Source of the DNA: Polysphondylium violaceum
Taxonomy: Eukaryota
Length of the DNA: 62,344 bases
Direction: 5' to 3'
NCBI GenBank assembly: GCA_000277445.1
Contig: AJWJ01000015.1
Span: 37,669-100,012, forward strand
The notes beneath the pieces are model-generated. The model searched no databases. It was not told where the DNA came from and saw only the letters and a program-made list of their open reading frames with translations. This document shows, piece after piece, positions 1 to 11,406 of this stretch. Positions within the stretch are counted from its first letter, which is position 1, and every line of letters begins with the position of its first letter. Made by a program: the position numbers and the translations under genes.

Positions 1-1627
1 TTTTTTTGTCTGGATTTGGGCCAAAGAAAAAAATAATCAAATGTTTTATTAGAAGGCGCGAGATCACTACATATATATCAAACACACTCTATATGGTATA
101 TGATGGGCGCAATGGATATACAAATATACAATGTATGATATGATATTCACAGATAATGACAAACATGTGATATATCATATACATTGTGATATATTATGTG
201 CGAAATTAGAGTGGTGGGATGGGGGTATGAAATGCATTGATTGATGATTAAACAGATAAACACACTATACTTTGAAAACAACGTTTTACAACTACTCAAA
301 AGATGAAATGATTTCTTTGATTTACAAATATCTTTTTTTTCTTTTTATTTTTTACATTTTTATTTTTATATCAGTTGTTTTTTTTTGTGATCCATACACA
401 AAACTCTTTTTCGAGAAAAACTTTATACCTCCTTCCTTTTTTATTCAGACCTTCCTTTTTAAAAAATACCCCTTTAAGTCAAAGAGTTGCAAAGCATGTG
501 GAGTCTTTACACATAAATTATGATCAAGGGAATGATCAAAATGAAGAAAAAAAAGAAAAAAAAATAAAGAAAACACAGAGAAAAAAAGATTGAGATTTAT
601 ACCACCTTGCACCCAACGCATATGGATTTGTTGACAAATTTACACCAACAAGGATCTATCTGAATCTTGGCACGTTGTTTCATTTATTAAATATAATTTA
701 GTTAACCCCCTGTAGAGTGGTAGACTCGCCACTTGTAGGCCCCTTTCTGAAATCTTTGAAAATTTAATACAGCCCACCCTAAAGTGAAAAATTCGTTGTG
801 TAAAAAAAAAAAAAAAATTCAGTGATCACAATAAAATCTGGATTCGAAGTGGCCAATAAAATGTGAAATTTATTTTTAGGCCTAAAATAGGTATAATTTC
901 GTTCAGTAAAATTCACTCACAATATCCACTATGATGATGGAGATTTAAACAAAGCACTGCGACGTTAAAAAAATTATCATCACATCCTTAGCACACTCTC
1001 AAATTAGACCCTTTCTCTCTCCAAATATCAATATCTAGGCAAAGCTAAAAAAGAACCAATCACTTTTATTTTTAATAAGAATTGAAAAAAAAAAAATGGA
1101 ATAATCACAATAACAAAGTATTTTTAAATGGTTTCTAATCACTCTCAACAAACACTTCATTTGTAATAATAATAATAGTAATAATACTCACCACTCATCT
1201 ATTAAAATAATATATCTTTATTTGAAATTATTATTTTATTTGTAACATTCGATCTAGTACTATTGTGTGAAGATACTTTATCTGAATATCAACTTCATCA
1301 TCTCAACAAACTTTATTTGATTTTAATTTTTTCATTTTTTTTTTATTTTTTTTTTTTCAATTTTTCTTCGAGGCCTATATCTATAAAAGGATAAAGTTAC
1401 TTTATTGGCCCGTTTAGAATTTAATTTTAAAACGATTTATTTGTGTTTCTATAGCATTACATTTGTATCAGTACTTAATAGTAGTTGTTGTGGTTATCGT
1501 TCGTTGTTTGTTCACAATCATCATTAATATTTGTTTTTGGTATTGTGTGTCTGTGTTTGTTGTTGACAGCAGTGTATTTTTTTTTGAATCTAAAGATTTT
1601 TTTTTTTTTTTTTTCTAAATCAATCTC

Positions 1628-2779
1628 ATGGGCAACACTTCAAGCAAAAATAAATTTTTACAAAATCTCATTCAAATTGATGTTGATAATGGCCGTAGAA
1701 AATTTACAGAAAACCCAGACGTCTTGGAAAAAGATGGAGCCAGTATTATTGAAAACAATGATGAGGACAATCAAATAATTGTCCAATCAAAAAAGAAATA
1801 TAAAAAAGATAAAAAAAATAACAACTATAACAACAATGATAATAGTCAAATGAATTTAATTCATGTTCAAGATAGAATTGTTTTAATATCAAACAATGAT
1901 ACCAATCACAATAACCAATTAACAATTAATCATATGCCAGAGTCTTTGATTTATAAAATTATAAAATATGCGGTTGGCGATATTTTTCCATCAAAGCATT
2001 TTTTCAAAATCTCTAGAGTGAGTAGATTGTTTTGTAAACTGTCTCTAAAAAGCATAAAAAACCTATTCTATGATTTCCCCTATCTCTATGAAACCAACAA
2101 ACATGTCAACCACTGTAAAATAGTGTCAAGATTTTTGGCAATTGACAACCACTACTTTGTAAAGAACAACATTCAAAATGCAAGACTAGGCTTTGGATTA
2201 GACTCTGTTGGCTTTTGCTTAATGTATCCCCAATTGATGGAGTGCAAAACACTACGTTCACTTAGAATCCTATTTTACCATTCAATCGTTCCCAAAGAGA
2301 GAATCAAGTCTGTGTTAAATATTCTCATAGAGAATCATAATATCCGTAAACTAAACATCAGTCAAGATGTTGTACATGAAAAAACCTGTAAATATATATC
2401 AATGGTCATTGGTACTGATCTCACCAATATCAAAGAACTTGTGTATCAAAAAGCTAAAATCAATTCTGAAAAATTTGAACTCCTCATGAAGGGATGCACT
2501 CGTTCAACAACTTTAAAATTTTTGGATTTCTCAAAGAATGTCATCTCTGATGAAAATCTTGATCTCATAACCCATTACTTGGAAAACAGTAAAACTTTGG
2601 AATATCTTGATCTCTCAAACAATCAAATCTCTGATGTTGGTTGTCATCTAATCATTCAAGCCTGTAAAAAGAGTAAATCAATTAAAAAGTTAAATTTATC
2701 AGGCAACCTTGTACCAAATGATCAAATTGAATCTTTTAATATTGAATACTCTAAACATTTTGTATATTTTAGAATTTAG
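1628..2779 (+). CDS. F-box / RNI-like leucine-rich-repeat protein, single exon, 383 aa
   Basis: ATG-initiated ORF starting MGNTSSK (N-myristoylation consensus MGxxxS/K). F-box-like segment LIYKIIKYAVGD...ISRVSRLFCKL. C-terminal RNI-type LRRs (LKFLDFSKNVISDENLDLITHYLENSKTLEYLDLSNNQISDVGCHLIIQACKKSKSIKKLNLSGN). Confidence 0.8.
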   Translation: MGNTSSKNKFLQNLIQIDVDNGRRKFTENPDVLEKDGASIIENNDEDNQIIVQSKKKYKKDKKNNNYNNNDNSQMNLIHVQDRIVLISNNDTNHNNQLTINHMPESLIYKIIKYAVGDIFPSKHFFKISRVSRLFCKLSLKSIKNLFYDFPYLYETNKHVNHCKIVSRFLAIDNHYFVKNNIQNARLGFGLDSVGFCLMYPQLMECKTLRSLRILFYHSIVPKERIKSVLNILIENHNIRKLNISQDVVHEKTCKYISMVIGTDLTNIKELVYQKAKINSEKFELLMKGCTRSTTLKFLDFSKNVISDENLDLITHYLENSKTLEYLDLSNNQISDVGCHLIIQACKKSKSIKKLNLSGNLVPNDQIESFNIEYSKHFVYFRI

Positions 2780-3513
2780 AATATCACTATTATCACTACT
2801 AATTATATCATACAATTTTATATTTTATTTTATCATTGATTACCAAATTGGTAATAAATCAAATGATAGTAATTAAAAAATAAAAATCAAATACACTGCA
2901 TATTTATTGTAAATAACATATCAATATTTGTATCTCTCTTTATTTAGTACCTACTAGAGTATGTACAAAGTTGAAATCAAACCCACTCACAGATTTATTC
3001 ACAATCATAATTAATCACATCTAAATAGCCAATCAAATTCTATAAAAAGAAAAAAAAATAGATATTATTTTCAATCATCCCTTGTTCGAGGGTTAAAAAA
3101 AAAAAAAAAACTAAAAACCTCAGAAAAATCGAGGATATTTTTTTTTTTTATTTTTGGAAAATTTGAATCAAAATTTTTTGTAATCGCTTACTGTCCCACC
3201 CCCCTTTTGTCAGACGACAATTTTTTTTAAAAATAATCAACAATCGCTCAGAGTGTGCTCAACCCTCTTTCATTCCTCTGCACCCATTGTGATTATATCA
3301 TTCACACACACAGACAACACATATCACATTACATACATCAACATCACAGTTTAGTAATAATAATAATAGGAGTATAGTGTATCAAAACAGTCACCTTTAG
3401 AGTGCTTGTCAAGCTTATTGTTGTAATTGTAATTTTAGGGAGAGTCTCTGCAAGGCCACACATATACATACGTACACATATATAGTATATAGTATATAAA
3501 GTAAACATATAAA

Positions 3514-4911
3514 ATGGTGAATCAAGATATACATCTTAGAGACATTGAAAACAAGATGGAGAATGACACTGATAGTGATGACGATGCTGATTCAGTCAAT
3601 GTGGAGAATGCCAATAAGAGCAAGATACCATTTAGAAAGATTGGACAATTGTTTCTTGCAATTGCAATCGTTGTTGCCGTGGTATGTATAGCATTGCCAT
3701 CGAGTTTGGTGAATAAGCTGGAACCCTATTCATCGGGTGTGATATTCAAAGCGTTGTTTGGTAGTTTTATGGTATGTCTATTTATTTGTCTATGTTTTAT
3801 CTACTACCTGGGCAGCGAAAGCCAGGCCATGTGGGATGTCGACTCTGACTCGTTTGGCGACTTGAATCTCTCATTCTCCAATGTGACGGCTATCATTGGT
3901 ATTGTAATTGAGTTTGTTCAAATCTGTTCGTTTTCATTCAATGCCGAGAGCTCCTATCTCGGCTCCAAGTATTTGGGCTACTCCAACTATCTTGCCATAC
4001 CCTACAAGCCCGGCACACCGTTTAGGGTGATGTACTGGGTCATGTTTGTCATTGCTTTCTCGCCCTACATCTTTGTGGTTGTCGTTCGGTTGGTGTTGCA
4101 CTTTATGACTAAAAGGTTTGGTGAAGGTTACACTGCAACCTTTGTATCCAAGTACCAACAAAATATCTACTCTATTCTCTGGTTTCTCGTCAACACCATG
4201 TATCTTCCCGTCATCTCCACCATGTTTGGTGGTGTGGATTGCACGGTGGATGGCAGTCTAAACACCCTCGATTCCGATCCAACCATCAATTGTCTCAAAG
4301 GTCTCCACATCCCCTTCATCGTATGTTCATTGATCGCCTTGGTCATGTACTACCCTGCTGCCTCATTTGCCCAATCTCAAACTCAAAACATCTCTGATAT
4401 CAAGTTTAAACCACGTGTTGTATTTATATTTGTTCAAGTAAGTGTCTAGTCTATCTCGTAGTAATCTATCATATCATACTAACCAACAACACATCTACTC
4501 ATTCATTCATCTTAGGGTAAAGTTATTTTAGCTAGTATGACAGTGTTTGCCACCAATCTTATTAAACTTTACTTGGGAGCAGTGATAGCGGTAAACTTTT
4601 GTTTCTTGGTGATCAATGTCGCATTGAAGCCATGTCTTGTTGAATGGGTAAATAGAATGAGAACAGTGTTCTTTTCATTTTGTTTTTGGTGCACCATTTG
4701 CTCTTGGGTTGCATATGACGACAATACAAAGTCTTATGCACCCTTGGTACTCTTGATTGTAGGTTGGGTCGTACTAGCCATAGGTTTCTTTTTGTTTTAT
4801 ACATTTAGACCCATAGTCATGGAATACGTAAGCAAAGCTCCTTTTATGAGAAAATCAAATCGTTCACTCAAAGCTCCTTCCTCAGCAGCCAGTATGGATA
4901 TCTCTCCATAA
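3514..4911 (+). CDS. Multi-pass transmembrane protein of unknown family; 2 exons (3514-4437, 4516-4911)
   Basis: ORF 3514-4449 ends at a GTAAGT donor at 4438. The AG acceptor at 4514-4515 rejoins the same frame (..FVQ|GKVILASMTVF..). Acidic N-terminus followed by at least 8 hydrophobic helices. Relatively GC-rich codon usage. Confidence 0.7.
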
Positions 4912-6276
4912 CAGTCGTGCAATAGTCGTAGTCGTAATGCAATAGTAATAATATCTTTTTTTAAATATGTAACATTATTGTAACAATAATCATATAATAA
5001 CATAATAGTGTAGTACTAGTAACAACATAATAATAATAATAATCATAATACAATAAACCTATAATATACTATCTCGTGAATAGTATGGGGTATCGAAATC
5101 TCACTTTCAAACTTTTGATTTTTTTCCCATTCCTAGAATGACATGTGAAATACAAACACACTAATAAATACACGCCATACAATATCTATCTATCTATCTA
5201 TCCATCACCTTCTATTCGATAGAAATCCGACTTTGATTCATTCATTGATTTTGTTTTTTTTTATTTATTTATATTTTTTTGAAAATTTATTTTTGTTTTT
5301 TTGTTTTTTTTTGCTTTTCTTCATCACGCCGTGTTTATTATAATTGCTCAACTAAACACCCCATAGATTTTTACAAGAATCCCCACACATACTCTCACCA
5401 CTCACACACTTTGGGCTTTCTAGTTGTAGTAGTAGTACTAGTCGTAGTAGTTTAGTGTACACCAATTTAGTAGGAGTAAATAGCTCAAGAAGGAAATAGT
5501 CGATATTCAAACACATTATCATTTGTCCCTTATTGAAATATACACACTCTAGCGATTTTCATAGCCGAACTTATATAGATGTCTTGAAAATCTGTGACAA
5601 AGATAAATTACCCGACGGGACGATATAATTAGCTTGTATAAACATTTACACTATATAATAGTGTTTAAAACTCCTTAACTTTGTACCATACATATCATCA
5701 CACATACACACACACTCTCTATATAGTACATATATCTACACATACTCTATATTTATTTATTTATTTATTTATTCACCCTCACAAACGTTAGATCACACAC
5801 AAAAATCCTTTCCGGTATCACACACCAAAATCTATCTTTAGTTGTTTTTTTTTTTTCCTCTTGTTTGTTTGGATCATAGCACCTTTGTTTATCAACTATT
5901 TTTTTATTTTATTTTCCAAATAGACACCTCTATTCACACACACACACACACTACATTTATATTTATATTGTCGTGCTGGATATATACTTTGGTGTTTAAA
6001 ACTAAAATCTTTGTTTTTCCTTTTTGTTTTGTTTTTTTTCATTTTTTTTAATTTTTAATTATTTTCAATTTTTTCCATATATTCTTGAATCCACCACAAC
6101 AATTGACACTTTTTCTAAATTTCGAAAAAATCAATCAAATTATAATAATAATAAAAATAAAGATAGGGATAGGAATAGGAATATAAATAGTAATAGTAAT
6201 AGCAACAACGTTCTACTACAACACAACATATCATCTATTTCAAATACAGCCATCTATAGTATAAAAACACAACAAT

Positions 6277-7828
6277 ATGGAGTATTTGGAACTCAACAGC
6301 ACCAAGGAGGGTTTAGCCTCTGCTGTCGATGATATGTGGGTTTTAAATGCAACATATCTTGTATTTTGTATGTATTTTAGTTTTTTTATTATTCCTGCTA
6401 TGATTAATTATTAACAAACATCATTGAAAACAATACAAATATAAATTTAGACATGCAGGCCGGATTTTGCATGTTGGAAGCAGGAGTTGTTAGAGCAAAG
6501 AATGCCAAAAGTATTATTATGAAGGTATACATCATTCATTCATTAACACATAGATAGATATAGATATAGATATTAATAATAATAATAATAATAATACTAC
6601 TATAGAGTATTATTGATACAGCTATAGGGTCATTATTATTTTGGGCGCTAGGTTTTGGATTGGCATTTGGTAATGCCAACAAAGCATCAAATTCCTTTAT
6701 TGGAACATCACATTTTTTATTAATTGGTTATGAAAATCTTTCTTTTTTTGCATTTCAATGGGCATTTTGTGCCACGAGTATAACGATAGTGAGTGGATCG
6801 GTGGCAGAGAGAGTGCATGTAAATAGTTGTTTGGTATATACGATTGTCATGTCGGCGCTGATATATCCGTTTTCAGCGCATTGGGTATGGTCCTATAATG
6901 GATGGCTAAGGAACATTGGCTACAATGGCATTATTGATTTTTCAGGCGGCATCGTCGTCCATATTGTGGGTGGATGCGTTGGACTGGTGGGCGCCTATCT
7001 GGTGGGACCCAGGATAGGAAGGTTTGACAGTGACAGCGGCAAACCCAAACCATTGCCAGGCCACAGCATCACACTGTCGACTCTGGGCGCCTTTATCATA
7101 TGGTACGGGTTCTATGGCTTTAACACTGGCTCCACATTGGGTGTCAGTGGTGGTAGAATCAATATCGCGTCGAGAGCGTCTGTCACAATGACCATCTCTG
7201 CCTGTGCGTCTTGTGCCACCACCCTCTTGGCGATAAAGATAAAGAGTGGGAAATACGATGTCATAAAGTCTGTCAATAGTCTGGTAGGTGGATTGGTGTC
7301 AAGTGCAGCCTGCTGTGCCATGGTTGAACCATGGGCTGCTTTTATCATTGGCTGTGTTGCCTCTTTTGTATATTTGGGTGGTTCAAATTTATTGCTAAAA
7401 CTAAGAATCGACGATCCTTTGGACTCATCGGCCATCCACTTGGGCTGTGGTATATGGGGTGCTCTTAGTGTTGGTATCTTTGCAACTGAAAGAGAATTAT
7501 CTTTAATACTAAGAAAAGAAACCACCGTCTATGGTTTATTTTTAGGTGTATGTATTTACATTTATTATCATCACCATCATCATCATGTCACTTTTACAAA
7601 TGATACTAATATTCAAATCAATTTTTGTAGGGTGGCTTTGAACAACTTGGAATTCAAGTTTTAGGTATAACAGTTGTTATTTTATGGTGTCTAATATCAT
7701 CATGTATATTATTTTTAATTATGAAAAAATTCAATTTACTTCGAATTGATCCAACCAAAGAATTGATGGGTATTGATATGGATCATCATGGTGGTCCTGC
7801 TTATCCAAACAATATATATGTGGTGTAA
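6277..7828 (+). CDS. Ammonium transporter (Amt/MEP/Rh family); about 4 exons (6277-~6364, ~6452-6526, ~6614-7547, ~7633-7828)
   Basis: Amt signatures: [99 protein letters not shown]-terminal [13 protein letters not shown]. Introns have GTATGT/GTATAC donors and AT-rich bodies. The specific paralog (amtA/B/C) could not be decided. Confidence 0.85.
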
Positions 7829-9819
7829 TAATAATAGTTTTTATTTATTTAATATATATATACTACTATTTATTGCACACACACACATATATACACCCAT
7901 TCCATTATATATATTATTATCAATACTACAAATATTAATATTATTTTCTTGGGGAAATTAATTAATTTCCAAAATGTTAAATAAATATAAAATTATATTT
8001 TTTCTTTTTTGTATAGTAAATATTAAATTTTATTGATATAGTATTTTTCTTTGTCTACTTTGAATAAGAAATAAAATAAACTCTAACCAACTAATCGAGT
8101 TTGAAAAATTTTAATTTAAAATCAATGTTTCAACACTACTATAGATGATATATATCTAATAATATTCATCATCATGTCTATATAAAAGCATGCTTCTCTT
8201 TTTCTAAATAGTTGGAATTTTTTTCTGCAAAAAATAAAAAACTCCTCATATTTTTTATTTTTTCCACTCTCTTACCTCCACCTTGTCAAATCCTTTCAAA
8301 TAAAATTTTTTTTTTGAAAAAAAAGAAAATTTAAAAAAAATTAAAAATTTTACACAATTAGAAACTACAAAGTTGGGAAGTAATAAATACTTTGACATTT
8401 CATTTCATTTCAATATTGCCTGTAAACGAAAGAGCAAATATATAAACTATTTTATTCAAATACCAGCACCACACTCTCAATCAAAAACTTTTTATATACA
8501 ACCACCCATTGAGGATTTTTTTTTTTTTAAAATACCATACCATCATTTCAATTTAGATTAATTTGTCCCTTAATTTAAATAGCTTCAACTCCTAAGGTAA
8601 TTAATTAAAATCATACAAACTTAGAAAATATTGTTTGTTTTTTTTTTTTTCATCGATGAATTTTTGTGTGTTGTGGTAGAAGTAGGAGTGTAGTCTAAGA
8701 ATAGTGAAAACGTGTGTGGGTAATATGTGTGTGTTTGATATTTCCCTTACAATTATTATTGTATATTTTTTGTGAATTTTTTTCTATTTTTTTTTCAATT
8801 TTTACATTTATTACACACTCTTACCACATCTTTCTTTTCTTTTCTATACATATCTATTATATTTTCAAAACTCTACACCTTTTCCTGCTTTCATAATAAT
8901 ATCAAACACGAAGTAGTAGTATTTTTATTTAACAATAATAATAAGGATTCAATTAACAACACTGTAAAGATTAGAGTAGCAAACATTGATTTATTATTTG
9001 TTGTTAAATATCTCTTTCTATTCTCTTTCTCTCTCAAATTTACTTTTAGGTTTACTTTGTTTGTATTTACATTTAGTTGTTTTAATCGTAAGGATGATTT
9101 ATATCGATAATCTCGAGTTATCAAAGTAGTTGATGTAGTAATATATCTATACTCAGCCTATGTGGTCCACTTGCATACTATCAAAAACAATTTAAAAAAA
9201 AAAAACCAACCAAAAAAAATATTATCATAATAGTAATAATTTTTGGATTCAAAAAAAAGATAGGCGAAAGCGTGTGTCTATAAAATTGGAAATATATCTA
9301 TCATTACATTATCATTCATGTATATTTCATTTATTATGTCAAAGAAAGGGCAGAGTCGGTCAAAGATTATGTGTCCATAATTATATATCTAGACTTGTGT
9401 GGTGTGTTGCACCACGCTTTTATTTTGAAATTTGGGTTTCTTTCAAACTCACCCTTCACCTTCAAGTCCCTCCTCACTCTGATTTGATGTTTGTTTTTTT
9501 TTTTTAAATTTTTTCAATTTTTTAAAAAAACATTTTTTTTCAAATTTTTGTTATTGAACCACCCCCCTTTTTTCGATTTTTTTTTTTTAATTTTCAATCA
9601 CATCCTTTTTCACATTAGATTCTAATTTTTTTTTTTTTTTTTTTTTATAGAATTTGTAATATTTAGCAATAAAAAATCCCACTCAACACACACAACAACC
9701 AGCAAACAAGTAGTACACTAAATTAGTATTAGATATAAGAAATCAAGTCAATCACAACTAGATCAAATAACACACGGTTTTAGGTTTTTACACATTCAAT
9801 ATATACAACAAACAACACA

Positions 9820-10900
9820 ATGTCTACAGGTCCCGCTACAGCTTCAAACAAAAGCGCTGCTTATGATTACTTAATCAAATTACTCCTTATCGGAGACAGT
9901 GGTGTAGGTAAAAGTTGTTTACTTTTACGTTTTTCCGAAGATTCTTTTACACCAAGTTTCATCACTACCATTGGGTAAATATATATTAAATATAGTAGAG
10001 TTCGATTTGTTAGAAAGAACAAACAGACACAAGAGAAAAAAAAAATGAAAAAAAAAAAAAAAAAAAAAAAAAAACTTAAAATATACTAATATCTTTATTA
10101 TTACTCTTATAGTATTGATTTCAAAATTCGTACTATCGAATTAGAAGGTAAAAGAATTAAACTCCAAATCTGGGATACAGCTGGTCAAGAACGTTTCAGA
10201 ACCATCACCACTGCCTATTATCGTGGTGCTATGGGTATCCTTTTAGTTTATGACGTCACTGATGAGAAATCATTTGGTAGTATGTATCATTTAGATTATT
10301 ATTCACTGATTATCATCATCATCATTACTACTATTATCTCTTTCAACATGTTGGTGTTGATGTTGATTTTTAAAATTTTTTAAAAAATTTTAAATTTTTT
10401 ATTTTTTTTTTAAATGATGATATTCTCTTTGTTTTATGTGTCTCTTGATGGAATCAAATCAACTAATCAATGTAATTCATTTTAATATTATTATAGACAT
10501 TAGAAATTGGATTAGAAACATTGAACAACATGCTACAGATTCAGTAAATAAAATGTTGATTGGCAACAAATGTGATATGGCTGAAAAGAAAGTGGTTGAT
10601 AGTGCAAGAGGTAAATCACTTGCCGATGAATATGGCATTAAATTTTTAGAAACATCTGCCAAGAATAGTATAAATGTAGAGGAAGCCTTTATTAGTTTAG
10701 CAAAAGATATTAAGAAACGTATGATAGATACTCCCAACGAACCACCACAACCACACAACACTACAAACATCACTCAGACTAATAATGGCAAAAAATCAAC
10801 TTGTAAGTATTATTTTTGTTGTTTATTATTGATTATCATTATCATACCTCCTGAATTTTCATATCTAACCCTTTCATTGATTTACTTAGGTTGCAAATAA
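9820..10900 (+). CDS. Rab8-like small GTPase (Dictyostelium Sas1/Sas2 family); 4 exons (9820-9974, 10113-10279, 10497-10802, 10890-10900)
   Basis: P-loop GDSGVGKS, effector [62 protein letters not shown] and ETSAKNS motifs. The spliced C-terminus is ...KKSTCCK (geranylgeranylation CC motif) through a phase-1 intron. Intron 1 carries a 27-nt poly(A). Confidence 0.85.
10048..10074. repeat. 27-nt poly(dA) homopolymer inside intron 1 of the Rab gene
   Basis: Direct reading of the sequence; typical dictyostelid intronic homopolymer. Confidence 0.9.
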
Positions 10901-11406
10901 AAACATTATTCCAGTTTTTTTTTTTTAGTATAACTTTCTATATAATAAATTAATAATCCTAATCAATCAAACTCAACCAACCAAATTATTACAATAATAA
11001 CAACAATAATAACAATAACAACCCTCCTCAGATGGAAATATGAATTTGAATCAAAAAACATGACATGTGTTTTAAATTGGTACACTATTTCTCATCGCAC
11101 CATTACATTAAACTTTACTCCCATGTGACATACTATTTAAAATAAAAAAAAAAGAATAAAAAAAAAAAAAAAGAATAATATTCCAATAATATCCAATCAT
11201 CATATTATTTGTACAAATCTTGTTTATGAGTTAAAGATTTTATAATATCCAAAACCATGCCATTTCCAACAGTATTTTTTTTTTTTCCCGCGCAAATTTG
11301 AAAAAAAAGAAAAAAAAAAAAAAAACAAATAACAATTTGCCATTTTCTTTAGCGGTTACTTAGGTACACAGAGATATATGTCATTGCTAAAGAATAGAGA
11401 TAGAGA

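Noticed and set aside
272-593. Two overlapping plus-strand ORFs (83 and 72 aa) at the window start
   Set aside because: Poly-F/K/I translations of AT-rich homopolymer DNA with no domain and no sensible start context. Treated as intergenic.
7773-9507. Short ORFs in the roughly 2-kb gap between the Amt and Rab genes (7773-7961, 8373-8561, 8714-9124, 9274-9507)
   Set aside because: Extremely AT-rich, homopolymer-driven translations (FFLFF, NNNNN). No splice signals link them to anything. Regarded as spacer or promoter DNA.
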